Shown in pieces: positions 42,538 to 56,567 of a stretch of DNA of 64,000 nt. A model generated the notes under the pieces. The model ran no database searches and had not been told where the DNA came from. It saw only the letters and a program-made list of their open reading frames with translations. Both the position numbers and the translations under genes were made by a program. Source of the stretch: the human T2T-CHM13v2.0 reference genome, Homo sapiens; assembly GCF_009914755.1 (NCBI RefSeq), contig NC_060937.1; one strand, 5' to 3'. Each line of letters begins with the position of its first letter. Within the stretch, counting starts at the first letter, position 1.

Positions 42538-43140
42538 CTCTACATTGTATTTCCCTCAGTTTCAATTTTTTCTTCACATAGCAGCTGGTTGTGGTCTTCT
42601 CAAAGTTACTTTGTTCAAATCTCTCCATTGGCTTTGCATTGCATTTTATGATTACTCAAAAATCTTTGACATGCCCGTAAATCCTGGGTGACTTGTGCTT
42701 TGCCCTCCTCCCTACCCACCCACAACATCACTTCTCATCATTTTTTCCTGTTCGCTATGCTTCAGCTTGATTTTCAGTTCCACTTAAGCAAGCACCAATC
42801 TCTTTTTTTTTTTTTTGCCTTAGGAAGCTGGTGTCTTATAGACTGCAGATTTTTAACATCTATAACAAAATCTTGAAAATGGTAGCTGTGCATTAAAAAT
42901 GTTTGAATAAATGGACTCACTGTATATTTTACTGAAAAAAAATGGGGCCACCTAGCAGTGATTTTTCTCATCCTGCCTTCTTTCACCTTAATTCTTTGTA
43001 ACATACCTTGTAAAAGATCTCACATTTTCTTTCCTTTACCGTATATTTTTGTTCTTCTCCACTTACTCTTCCCCTACTTCTTTCTCTTTTCTTTCTTCCT
43101 TCTCTTCAAATAAATAAAAAATATTTATTAAGTTCTTGTT

Positions 43141-43720
43141 TGTCTGTTAGAATGCGTTTGGTCGCAAATAATAGGAAATTCTGACTCAGAGTGATTTAAA
43201 CCGTAAGGAGATTCTAGTATCTCACAAAACCATTAAGTCATGATTTCAGGCAACTTCTAGTTACATTACTCTAGCCACAGTACCTCATTGATGTCACTAA
43301 GATTCCAGATTATTTTCCTCTCCGTATTTGTTATCCTTAGCATGAACTTAATCCAGAGAACAAGTCTTTCTCATGGATACAAAATAGTTACCACAGGCAG
43401 CGGGGCCATGTGATTCCTGAGGAAGTAAGCCTCCCGCTTCATCTCCCTCTCTTCCTCACCCTCCTGCTCTCCCTCTCATTCTCTTTTATGGTAATAAAAG
43501 CTTCCCCAGTAGTCTATCTCATTATCATTGGCCAGAATTGGTTCATAGCCTATTTCTGAACCAATCACAGGCAAAAGAAGTAAGATTATCTTTGGATCAG
43601 TCTGACCCATTGTCTTTTGTGGCACATAGTTACATTAGGTAAAAGTAGATAAACCTGGACAAAATCAGCATTCTATAAAGAATCAGGAAGAATAGACATT
43701 GGGTGGTAAACCAGTAGCAT
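43141..43720. mobile_element. Old MaLR LTR (MLT1J/K-like)
   Basis: gttagaatgcgtttggtcgcaaata...cattggccagaattggttcat...gaaccaatcacaggcaa. Confidence 0.6.
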
Positions 43721-43769
43721 CTGATGCTAAGCTCTGTAACAGCAAATACTTGTCACTGCCTTGTGAAGG

Positions 43770-44476
43770 TGAGAGGTGAAGCCAGCTGGACTTCCTGGGT
43801 CGAGTGGGGACTTGGAGAATTTTTCTGTCTAGCTAAAGGATTGTAAATGCACCAATCAGCACTCTTGTGTCTAGCTACGGGATTGTAAATGCACCAATCA
43901 GCACTCTGTGAAAACGCAACAATCAGCGCTCTGTGTCTAGCTAAAGGATTGTAAACGCACCAATCAGCACCCTGTAAAATGGACCAATCAGCAGAATGTG
44001 GGTGGGGACAAATAAGTTAATAAAAGCTGGCCACTTCAGCCAGCAGTGGCAACCCACTTGAGTCCCCTTCCACACTGTGGAAGCTTTGTTCTTTTGTTCT
44101 TCACGATAAATCTTGCTGCTGCTCACTCTTTGGGTCTGTACTACCTTTATGAGCTGTAACACTCACCGTGAGGGTCTGCGGCTTCATTCCTGAAGTCAGC
44201 GAGACCATGAACCCACCAGGAGGAACAAACAACTCCAGATGCACCACCTTTAAGAGCTGTAACACTCACTGCGAAGGTCTGCGGCTTCACTCCTGAAGTC
44301 AGCAAGACCACGAACCCTCCGGAAGGAAGAAACTCCAGACACATCTGAACATCTGAAGGAACAAACTCCAGACACACCATCTTTAAGAACTGTAACACTC
44401 ACCTCTAGGGTCCGCGGCTTCATTCTTGAAGTCAGCGAGACCAAGAACCCACCAGAAGGAACCAATTCCGGGCACA
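43770..44476 (+). mobile_element. LTR12 (HERV9) solo LTR
   Basis: TGAGAGGTGAAGCCAGCTGG...ACCAATTCCGGGCACA; repeated gcaccaatcagcactct and tgtaacactcac...gaagtcagcgagacc units; flanks aagg/gagg. Confidence 0.96.
43845..44030 (+). promoter_or_regulatory. LTR12 U3 promoter: CCAAT (NF-Y) array and AATAAAA TATA-like box
   Basis: Four intact CCAAT boxes (about 43852, 43894, 43960, 43985) and aataaaagctgg at about 44019. Confidence 0.7.
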
Positions 44477-47384
44477 GAGGGGTGTCTCCTTTCTAAGGTC
44501 TGCTCCTCCTTGTGTGCCCTCTTGCTTCTGTGCCTATCTCGTTTTGATTCTTTATGTTTCCGGAGTGTGTGCATAGTACTGTATTGATACTCAGCACTGT
44601 GTATATTTAATAAATTTCCTTAGAAATTTCCCTTGTTTAATAGCTTCAGATGTCACTCATGTACAGTGGATTCCTGTGTCTGCAATTTGCATCTTGGTCT
44701 CTAGTCTTCATTTCTCTACTTCTTCACTGGATATTTCTGTGTAAATGCTGTTATATCAATCTCATTTTCTCCTGAAATCAATTACTTGCCTGTTTTTGAC
44801 ACATTATTTTCACCTTCCATCCAGTTAACTCCCAGGTCAGATTGGTTATTGTTTCACCTGGAACATGTTTGTACCTTCTATTATTTTTATTTCATTCTCT
44901 TCACTTAGATTGTGACTGCCTTAAAGGCAAGGGCTTGGTAGAGTTTTTTCTTGATATCTCCATCACTAGTCATAGTACTTAGCACATTATAGATGTGTAT
45001 ATGTACTTAGTACTATGTGCTAAGTACTAAGAATGAAAAAGAGGCCTACTACATGTGATAATCTCAAGAAGGGTGGCAAAAACGAGATGGAAAAGAGATG
45101 AAGAATTGATAATTTTTTGACTCAGACCAATTCTTAAGAAATGGATAAAAAGTTTCTTAACTTTCATGTCGAGTTGAATGTGAAATAGGGGCTATCATTA
45201 ACATAAATAGAGAAGTAGGGAAGACGTGTTTGGGTTTTAGACATAACTTTGAGGTGCAGGTGGGACAGTAAATAGTGTCTAGTAGTTTAATTGGGATACG
45301 GGACTAAAATCCATTCTCCTTTACACATTTCAGGGAATTTGGTATGTAGCCAGCTATGCTTGGGAGATTTACATGTGTTACCATATTTAATCTCCAAAGT
45401 GTATGTTAATAGTATCACTTTTCAGATGAGTAAATGAACTTCAGAGAGATTGAGTGATGTCATGAAGCTGTTGATTTGAGGCGAGTGACTTGATGTAATT
45501 GTTGTGAGTGAATTGAAGTAAGGTGGAATTGGGGATAAGGAGGCCTGTTAAATATTTACTCCTTTAACTCAGAAAGGAGGTGGTGTGGACAAGAGGTGAC
45601 AACAGGTCGGAGAACAGGGATTTGATAGAACTGAATAGATAGATGGAATAAAGGAGAAAAAGAAAATGATGTCCAGGTTGGGTAAATGGTGAACCACAGA
45701 GTTTGGCAAGTTTTGAGGGTCTAACAACCAGGTGACTGGATTGAGGGGATAGGAGAAAGGTTTAGAATTTCTAAGCATGGAAGCAGATCCCTCTGGACTC
45801 TTCTGTTACTTTCACTCCAACCGCTTTGCTAATCCAGAGTTTTAAGGCTGAGGAAAAGATCTCTGAGAGCTGTTGCAGGTGTTAATTTTCTATCATGCCG
45901 TGGATGGCCATCATTTTAACCTCTTATTCACAAGATATTTTTGACTTTATTTAATTTTTTTTCTTTTCCCAGATTTTATTTTGGTGATAAGTCTTACGAA
46001 ATAATTTTGTCTAAATTGTCCTACATATAACTTTCAGAATAGGTCTCTTCTGAGAAATAACAGTTACTAAGAACATTTCTAAGTTTCTGTTAACATCATC
46101 AATCTAAATTCTTTGCTTTTAGCTCAATTTAAAGAAAGAAATCAAACATTAAAATACAAGTTAACTGTAGCTATGGCTAATACATTTTGGAAAATTAGGT
46201 TACTGGGATGAAATAGTTTTGATGTTTGTAGTTCTTTATAGGTCTGTTTCATATCTAAATCACTTAAATTCAAACAGATATGTAATTGCAGAGTTGACAT
46301 TCATGCAGGTGTTTTCATTCTTAGAATTAGGTGTATATGTATGTTTTCATCTTGAGATTGTAATAATAGGGATGAAGACAAAAGTTATCCATGGAGTCAC
46401 CATGCTAGACTTGCAAGTCCAGAGGCGTGTAATATGGGAAAATTTGGCATTGTAGTAGCCCATGCTTTACCTGCTTTGTAGTCTTAAAAATATACTCATT
46501 TTATTCGGATAACTGTCTTCTGGCAATTGATCTTTTCTCCATATGTTTATACAGGACAAATTTTATAGGTGCTTAATTACAAATATTGTATTAGTAATAT
46601 ATGATACAGATTATATCTGTATGGTCTTTTATACAATATTTGTCATTTAGAAGTATTTAGTTCTTTAAAGGTATAAAAAATCAATTTAATATTGCTAGCA
46701 AAGCTCATCAAACATGTAGGAGATATTAATGTCTTTTTTTTCAGTAGAGAATCTAAATTGATTTATCCCTGTTTTTATGAGCTAGTTGGAAATTAATTTT
46801 TCCCACTACCTTTACATTCTGGGATTAGTCTAATTCTGATAATCACTGATATTTCTCTGCTTTTCTATAGTCTGTTGTGCTTTTTCTTTTGGCTTGAAAG
46901 CACTCAAAGTGTATAATTTGTTAAATCATAGTTTCTATACACAATTCAAATTTTTCACCTCTAATTTTTTAGTTTTATATAAAGATCATAGATATGTGAA
47001 TGATACAAATGAAACTTGAAACTTTAGGTAGTGTTTTGTAAGGTCTGTCATCCTTTGTGTTGTTCATAGAATATATAACAACAGCTTTAAGTGAAAGGCT
47101 TCTGACAGCTTATGTCTCTGTTCATTGCCAGATCAGTTAGATGAGCACTGACAAGAGCAGGGAGGAGGATCAATCAGTGTGTGTGTGAGTGTGTTGTGTA
47201 TGTGTGTATACACATGTATTAATGATAAGCAAAAATAGTCTATTAGCTCATGTAGCTAGGGGAGGGGATGTTCCTTCATTACTTTATCCATTTATGGCTA
47301 TAATGAAGCTACCTAAGACAATTGTAAATGATAGCAATTTGTGAAAGAGTTGATAGTCACATTTCTTTCCTCTCTGTGGAACCA

Positions 47385-47540
47385 ATTTAGCATTGTGGTT
47401 GAGGATGTTTTCTGGAATCTGACTGCCTGGGTTTGAAGTTGAGGCTTGCTTTCTAGCCATGTTACTTTGAATTCTTTAAGTCTCTGTTTTCTCATATAAA
47501 ATGGGAGTAACAATACATTGTTGTGAGGTCATTATTACTA
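47385..47540. mobile_element. MIR
   Basis: tctggaatctgactgcctgggtttgaa...tctgttttctcatataaaatgggagtaacaata. Confidence 0.75.
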
Positions 47541-47828
47541 AAAAAATGCCATTTAAAGGACAATCAGGATTCTGGGAAGATGGCAGAGTAGGAAGCACCA
47601 GGAACTTGTCTCTTTCTATGAAACCAGTTGCACTGGCGGAATCTGTCCTGTGTAACATATATTTTGGAACCCTGGAGTCTGTTGAAGGCTTGTAAGTTCC
47701 AGGGGAAGATTTGGAAGTAAGTTGCAGTTAGTTTCAGTCAATTTCACTCTTAGCACATTAGTTCCTCCAGATATTGGGAATCTGTGCTCTGATCACTGAT
47801 TGTTACTTCTGATCAAAGAGGTATAGGC

Positions 47829-48158
<330 letters not shown>

Positions 48159-50912
48159 TTATCATTTTTCCTCCTCCCATTGTTGCAAACCCCTTTCCCT
48201 CCATCTAGAGTCACTTCTGGCAGATTTTAAAAGCTGCCACCTCTATCCTTTTTTAGAAAAGGGCATTCAAGTCTAGGATATTCAAAAACAACTGCATATA
48301 TGGGAAGTATTAGAAAGTGACTGCTCATGCCCAGGGAAAGGTAAAGGCTCAGAAAAAACCTGAGAAGACTAAGTTTACACCTCAGGCTCATCCTTGGTAC
48401 AAAGGCAGTCTCTAGCAAAAACCTACACACAGACACGCAATAACGAAAAGTAGCAAACACCAGGGAAGAAGAAGAATCTGATTTCTAGAGTTACTACATT
48501 ATTAGATCCAAATGTCCAGTTTTCAACAAAAATCACAAGACATACAAAGAAACAGGAAAATGTGGCCCATTCAAAAAATAAATAAATTAACTCATATTCC
48601 TTGAAAAAGACCTGATGGCAGGTCAACTAGATAAAGACTTTTAAACAACAGCTATCTTAAACATGCTTAAAAAATTAAAGGAAGATGTGGAGAAAGTAAA
48701 AACAAACCAAAAACAACAAAAAAGATCTAGAAACAAAATGGAAATGTCAATTAAGAGATAGAAAACCTAAAAACCTAAAGGACAATGGAAATGGTATCAA
48801 GTATGAGGAACAGAAAGAGAAAGGGTTGAAGAAAAGTGAACAAGGTTTAAGCGACCTGTGTGACTCCATCAAGAGGACCAACGTACGCATTGTGGGAGTT
48901 CCAGAGAAGAAGCAGAGAGAGAGCATATTTGAAGAACTGATGCCTGAAATCTTCCCAAATTAAATCAAGAGACAAAGAAGGAGATTATATATTAGTACAG
49001 AATTCACAACAGCAAGAAGATAAAACAATGATAAGCATTTATGTACCTAATGACAGACCATCAAAATGCATGAAAGGAAAAAACTGATAGGGAGAGATAG
49101 ACAGTTCTGTGATAATGAAGTTGGAGACTTATACCGCCTCTCAATGATGGATAGAAGATAAGTAAGGAAACAGAGGACTTAATAAACTAACTAGATCTAA
49201 AAGATATATTTAAGAATATTCTACCCAACAAAAGTGTACACATTCTTCTCAAGTACACATGGGACATTTTCCAGGATAGGCAATATGTTAGACCACAGAT
49301 TGAGTCTCAATAGTTTTTTAAAGATAGATATCATACAAAGTGTATTCTCCAGCCACAATGGGGTAAAGTTAGAAATGAGAGACAGAAGTAAAACTGGACA
49401 ATTCACAAAATTGTGGAAATTACACAACACACTCTTTAAACTTCTATTGGTTCAAAGAAGAAATTACAAGATAAGTTAGAAAATACCTAGAGACAAATGA
49501 AAATGAAAACATAACATACCAAAACTTATGGGACACAGCAAAAGCAGTAGTAAGGGGGAAGTTTATAGCTATAAACGCCTACCTTAAAAAACAAGAAAGA
49601 TCTTAAACCAGCAACCTAAGGAGCTAGAAAAAGAAGAACAAACTAAACCCAAAGCTGGCAAAAGGAAGGAAATAAAAGAGTAGGGGACAGAGATACACAA
49701 AATAGAGAATAAAATATATAGCGAAAATAATAAACCCAAGAGTTTGGTTCTTTGAAAAGATCAACAAAGTTGGCAAACCTTTAGCTAGGTGGACTAAGAA
49801 AAAAAAAAGAGCAGACTTAAGTTGATAAAATTAGAAAAGAAAGTAGGGATATTACTACTGATTCTACAGAAACAAAAAGTAGTACTTTTATTTATAAGAG
49901 TACTATGAACATAGTTGTATGCCAATAAATCAGATAACCTAGATGAACTGGACCAATTCCTACAAACAAAACCTACAAAGATTAAATCATGAAGAAATAG
50001 AAAATCTGACTAGACATACAACTAAGGAGATTGAATCAGTAATCAAAAAGCTCTTGATTTAAAAAAAAAAGACCAGGACCTGATGGCTTTGCTGGTTAAT
50101 TCTACCAAACAATTTAAGAACTGATACCACTCCCTCTAAAACTTTCAAAAAAATTGAAGTGGAGGAAACACTTCCTAACTCATTCTGTATGAGGCCAGCA
50201 TTACCCCGGTACCAAAGCCAGACAAACACTATAAGAAAAACTACAGACCAATATCTCTTGTGATCATTGTGCAAAAATTATCCAGAAAATACTAGCACCC
50301 CAAATTCAACAGCGTGTTAATGGGATTATATTCTATGACCAAGTTATTTTATTTATTTACCATGTTTATTATTACCTTTTATTCCTGAAATGCAAGCGTG
50401 GTTCAACATGTGAAAATAAATTGTTGTAATATACCACATTAACAGAATGAAGAGAAAAATACATGTTCATCTCAATTGACGCAGAAAAAATCCTGACAAA
50501 ATTGATCACCCTTTCATCATAAAAACAAAAATGGAAACAAATTATAAATGAAAGGAAACTACCTCAACATGATATGAGCTATACCTGAAAAACTCACAGT
50601 AAACATTATAGTCAATGGTGAAAGACTGAGCACTTTTCCTCTAGTACCAGGAACAAGGCAAGGATGCCAGCTTTTACCACTTCTGTGCATTATAGTACTG
50701 GAAGGTCTAGTCAGAGCAATTAAGCAAGTAAAATATTTAAAAGGCAGATTATATAATCTTATATATAGAAAACCTTAAAGATTACACACACACAAACAAG
50801 TAATAAATGAATTGAGCAAAGTAGCAGGATAAAAGTGAGTATACAAAAATCAGTTGCATTTCCGTACACTAATAGAAAACAGTGTGAAAAGATTATGAAG
50901 AAATTCTATTTA

Positions 50913-51252
<340 letters not shown>

Positions 51253-51869
51253 TTAACCAAGAGGTAAAAGTCTTGTTCAGTGAAAGCTGTAACACATTGC
51301 TGAAAGAAACTGAAGACATAAGTCGATGGAAACATATCCTATGTTCATGAATTGGAAGATTTAATTTGGTTAAAATGTCAACAGGACCCAAATTGATTAC
51401 AGATTTAGTGCAACAACTATCAAAATCCAAATGGCTTTTTTTTTTTTTTTGCATAAAAAGAAAAAACCCATCCTGAAATTAATATAGAATGTCTGGGGAC
51501 TCCACATATTCACAACAGTCTTGAAAAAGGAGAACAAAACTGTAGGACTCACACTTCCCAATTTCAAAATTTATTACAAAGCTACAGTAATCAAAATAAT
51601 ACGGTACTGGCATAAAGTCAGAAATGTGGATCAGTGGAGTAGAATAGAGAGCCTAGAAATGAACTCTTGCATATATGGTCAAATGATTTTTTTACAAGGA
51701 TGCTAAGGCCGTTTAATGGGGAAAGGACAGCCCTTTCAACAAACGGTACTGATAAAACTGTATATCGACATTCAAAAGAATGAAGTTGGACCCTGCCTAA
51801 CACCATATACAAAAATTACCTTAAAATGGATTAAAGATGTAGATGTGAAACCTAAGACAATAAAACTCT

Positions 51870-52193
51870 AGCCAGATGTAGTGGCTCATGCTTGTAATCC
51901 CAGCACTTTGGGAGGCTGAGGAGGGAAGATCGCTTGAGCCCAGGTGTTTGAGACCAGCCTGGGCAAAATGGCGAGACCTTGTCTCTACAAAAAAATTTAA
52001 AAAAGAAAAAAAAAAGGCTGTGTGTGGTAGTACACACCTGTAGTTCCAGCTACTCAGGAGGCTGGGTCGGGAGGATCGCTTGAGCACAGTAATTCAGCGC
52101 AGCAGTGAGCTATGATTGTGCCATTGCCTTCTAGCCTGGGCAACAAAGCAAGACCCCATCTCTTAAAAATTAAAAAAAAAGAAACAAAAAAAC
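51870..52193 (+). mobile_element. Alu SINE (AluJ-like)
   Basis: Dimer; acaat(a/g)aaactct TSD. Confidence 0.94.
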
Positions 52194-53494
52194 AATGAAA
52201 CTCTTAGAAGATAACATAGGGCAAAAGTTTTGATTTCTTGGATATGGCACAGGCAATAAAAGAAAAACATAGACAAATTGAACTTCATGAAAATTTTAAG
52301 TTTTCTTGGATCAAAAGACACTATCAACACAGTAAAAAGGCAACTAACAGAATGGGAGAAAATATTTCCAAATTACATATCTGATAAGGGATTAATAACC
52401 AGAATAAATAGAGAGCTCCTGGAACTCAACAACTAAAAAACAACTTGATTCAAAAATTGGCAAAGGACTTGAATAAACATTCCTCCAAAGAAGATATACA
52501 AATGGCTAAGAAGTACATACAAAGGTACTCAACACCACTATTAGGAAAATACAAATCGAAACTACAGTGAGGTACACCTCACACTCATTAGAATGGCTAC
52601 TATAAAAAACAAAAACAAAATGACAGTTGTTGGCAAGAATGTGGAGAAATTGGAACTCTTGTGCACTGTTGGTGGCGATGTTAAATAATATAGCCACTGT
52701 GGAAAACAGCATAGCAGTGTCTTAAAAATACAATTACTGTATTATTCAGCAATTCCACTTCTGGGTATATACCCAAAAGAATTCAAAGGAGGCCTTCAAA
52801 GAGGAATATAAATCCCTGTTTGCATATATCATGCAAATATATAAATACTGCATGATAATAGTAGTATTATTCACAATAGCTAAAACAGGGAAGCATCCTA
52901 AGTGCCCACTGAAGGATGAATAGATGAGCAAATGTGTAAGGAACATTAGTAAGCCTTAAAAAGGTAGGAAATTCTGACATACGATACAACCTGGATGAAT
53001 CAGGACATTTTGCTTAAGTGAAATAAGCCAGTCACAAAAAGAAAAATACTGTATATTTCCACTTACATGAAGTACTTAGAGTAATTAAGATCATAGAGAC
53101 AGCAAGTGGAATGATAGTTGCTAGGAGCTAGGGGCATGGGGAAGGGGGAGTTAGTGTGTAGTGGTTATGGTTTCTTTACACAAGGTGAAAAGTGTTCTGG
53201 AGATGGATGGTGGTGATGGTTGTACACATTATAAAGGTATTTAATACCTTTGAACTGTACACTTAAAAATGGTTAAGGTAAATTTTATGTTAATCATATT
53301 TTACCACAATTAAAAAATGGAAAAAAAGTGACAATGTGTGTAATAAGCTATGTAAACTATATAACTATGATATTTTTTCTTTATGAAACTCCTGTAAAAT
53401 TGTTCTAATGGCCTTATAAGTTAAAAACAGTACTGTGGGCAGTCAGTGAGCTAAGTATAAGAAGAAATTATCTCATCTTCCTCTTTTCTCTTTC

Positions 53495-53700
53495 TCTTCT
53501 ATATATACATGTATATCTTTATGTAGCTTTATGTCTGTCTATATGCAGATATGTAAATGTATATATTATATATGTTCATATTTATGCTATTTATTTTTAT
53601 ATATTTACATGTGCATACATATATGTATAGAAAGACCATATATGAATACCCTATTATACATACTTAGAGACATGTAAAATAGATATTTTATATAAATAAT
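53495..53700. repeat. TA-rich low-complexity region
   Basis: Degenerate (TA/TATG)n. Confidence 0.75.
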
Positions 53701-54254
53701 TGCAGAGCGCATGTGGTGCTGACTTCAACATGTATCTTAAATGCCTAGTATCTTGACATACAGAAAATTCGGGATAAATGTTATCATCATCATATAGAAA
53801 TCCTATTCCTGGTCTTCCTGCCAGGAAGTCCCACTGATTGAATATTTGCTTACAGAGAAATGGGCCTTTTGGTGTTCCGGAAAGTTAGTGGCAATGATGT
53901 TTTTCCAACTATTGGGAAATGACATGGTTTCCTCCCTTCAAATAACACTGAATTTGGTTCAAGAATTAGGAGAACTTAGGGCTTATAAATTTATTAGAGT
54001 AATTTTTTTAAAGAATGGTATGAAATTCTCAAATAGAAAAGGTTAATATTAACATTGCTACAAGACTTAAGTTTGATGACCCTAAATGACCCTGCCTTGT
54101 GAGATTCGCTGGCTGCTGATGCTCCCATTCATTCACCTCCATCCACTGTGACATATACTGATCTTTTCTCACTCTGTGTGGTTATTTCACTTTTGGTAGG
54201 GTGTTACATATTTACCTAATTACAGTGAGTCCTTAATCCACTTCTATCTTATGT

Positions 54255-54410
54255 GTAATTGGGGGTGGGGTGGTGAGTGGGAGGAGACAGGGAAAAAGGG
54301 GCAGGTTTCTTCTTGCCAGTTTTTAATTCACGAGAAACACTCTACCTGTATCTGGGACTACTATTAGGCAGCCAAGGTGAGTTTATCACTTCCTGTTTAC
54401 ACTCGTGCTA
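54255..54410 (+). promoter_or_regulatory. Candidate enhancer or alternative first exon
   Basis: GGGGTGGGG box (about 54261-54270), donor AAG|GTGAGT at 54376/54377, TGATAA on the minus strand (54383-54388), GTAAACAGGAAGTG on the minus strand (54387-54400); unique sequence. Confidence 0.4.
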
Positions 54411-54881
54411 AATTGTATATTGAAAATAGCAAAATTTATAGTTTTGGTACTTATCTGACTCGAGTTATTGACAGTCACTTCTTTAGTAGTCTTCTTCCCT
54501 CCAGTCTTGATCCCTTCCAATGTGTACTGCTTGTTGCATGGTTTTTCTGAAAGTCTGATCAGGTCTTGTTAATTTTATTGTGTTTAACACTGTCAAATAT
54601 CTATGTAATTCAACTGAAATTTTGTCGATTTTATATATCTTTGGCATTTGCCAAATTTGGCTCTCCTCTCACGATAATTTTTTTTCTACAGAATTTTGGG
54701 AATCCCTAATTTTGTATTTAGATAGCGGTAGTTCCATTTAACTGGATGGTTGATTCTTGTTTGTTTTTTGGGCAATAGGTACATAGAATTGAGTTGAAAA
54801 TACTGCTCGATGCATGGTATATTGTCATTGTCAGTCTGTACAAGGTCCTACTTTGTTCTTCATTTTTCATTCCTTCATCTC

Positions 54882-55050
54882 TGTCTTAGTCTGTTTGGGC
54901 TACATCTACATAGAGTGGGTGGCTTAAACAGCACACATTTAACTTCTCCCAGTTCTGGAAGTTGTAAAATCCAAGATCAAGATTCCTGGTGAGGGCTATC
55001 TTCCTGGCTTCCTTTCTTCCTGGCTGTCTTCTCACTGTGTCCTCACATGT

Positions 55051-55088
<38 letters not shown>

Positions 55089-55301
55089 GGGAGAGGGAGA
55101 GGGAGAGGGAGAGGGAGAGGGAACAAGCAAGCTCTGTGGTTTCTCTTCTTATAATGGCACTAATCTCATCTTGAAGACCCCACCTTCATGAACTCATCGA
55201 AACCTAATTACCTCCCCAAGGCCCATATCCAAATACCATCACATTGTGGGTTAGTGCTTCATCATATGAAATTTGGGGGGAGACAGTTCAGTCCAGAGCA
55301 C
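54882..55301 (-). mobile_element. MaLR solo LTR (MLT1A-like) with internal (GA)n/(GAGAGG)n
   Basis: tgtcttagtctgtttgggct...agttctggaagttgtaaaatccaagatcaag...ccaaataccatcacatt; purine repeat 55050-55122. Confidence 0.88.
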
Positions 55302-56403
55302 TGTCCTCTTCTCCCTTTATATTAGGCCCTCGTTCTCATTTGTTCAGTGTATGTTCTTCCAGCCCACTTTCCAACCCAGATATCTTTATTTCCATGCTTG
55401 TGTCCATGAAAATATAGTTTTGAGTGTGGTTTTAAATTTTTATATAAGGAATTCTGTAGTGTAAATCTCATTCCTTTAAATAAAATTTTTCTACTCACGT
55501 ATATGCACGTTCAGCTTGTGACTTTTGACCATGTATTCTCTTTAAATGTGTCTTTAAGTGCATATACCACAGGTTATCTATTTCCAGTGTTTGCCTCTGC
55601 AAAGATGGTACTTTTTGCAGCTATATGAAACCTTTCCTGTGGTGTATAATCAGCAGAGGCATTGGCTGTCATAGGAAATACACATGCTGTACTTAATCAC
55701 TATGCCAGACTGGTCCCTAACATGTTTGTACCAGTTTGTACTCTTAGTAGCAAGGCCTGTGGAATAGTAACCATTCCTCCATATCCTTACCAATTTAAAT
55801 GAGAACCATTAAGTAATGTTAAATATTAGTGTTTAAAGGATCCTAGAAATAATTGATACAGAGTGCAAGAGTGAGAAGGTATATTAATTTCTTTAAATAG
55901 AAAAGTTTGTGGTCAGATATTTTTGTTTATAAACTCAGGCATTTGTTTATAACCTCAAACATTGTGTTGCTAATGGTGCAATAAAGACTCTCCATGTGAG
56001 AGGCAGAGTTGTAATGATTTTAGATCTCATCTTATTTTTTCAACAACTAGCATTCATAAAATATTTACAGTTAGTATTGTTGACGGGGTAGAAAGTAACT
56101 TTGATTTGGTGACTATATTACTAAAAAGATAGAAATGTTAGAAAGTCGATTAAGGAGACAAAGACATTTTTAGGATGTCTTATTAGCACATCACTCTTGA
56201 GTACTTATTTATAGTAACACTTGGAGTATAACATGAACACTTCAGAAATGTTCAGGTGCATTCACATGCCTGAATGTAATAGTACTTTTAAGAAAAATAT
56301 GTTTCAGGCCAAGTAGAAATAAATTAGGCAGATCTATGAAATAGCAGGAAATACTAACCATTTGAGTGCAAAAGTATTCGTGTACATTAATTTCTGTTTT
56401 TAG

Positions 56404-56567
56404 GGTTGCCCATATCTTCTAGCATGAGTGTTAAGGAGAAAAGAATGATTATAAATGATCAATGTCAAAATATGATTCTTGAAGATACAATAAGTTTAAA
56501 TTTTTTTTTCTTAATAGAGTTGTTAAGGCAAATGACTTTGGGAAGATAATTTAAGAAAGACTGATTG
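56404..56567 (+). other. Candidate cryptic or non-coding exon
   Basis: TACTAAC at about 56353, acceptor tttctgtttttAG ending 56403, donor TG|GTAAGT at 56567/56568. Confidence 0.2.

Noticed and set aside
43820-44460. Novel tandem repeat array
   Set aside because: These are the normal internal repeats of LTR12
45940-46050. Strong acceptor ttttttcttttcccAG at 45972 as an exon start
   Set aside because: No convincing donor or open frame downstream
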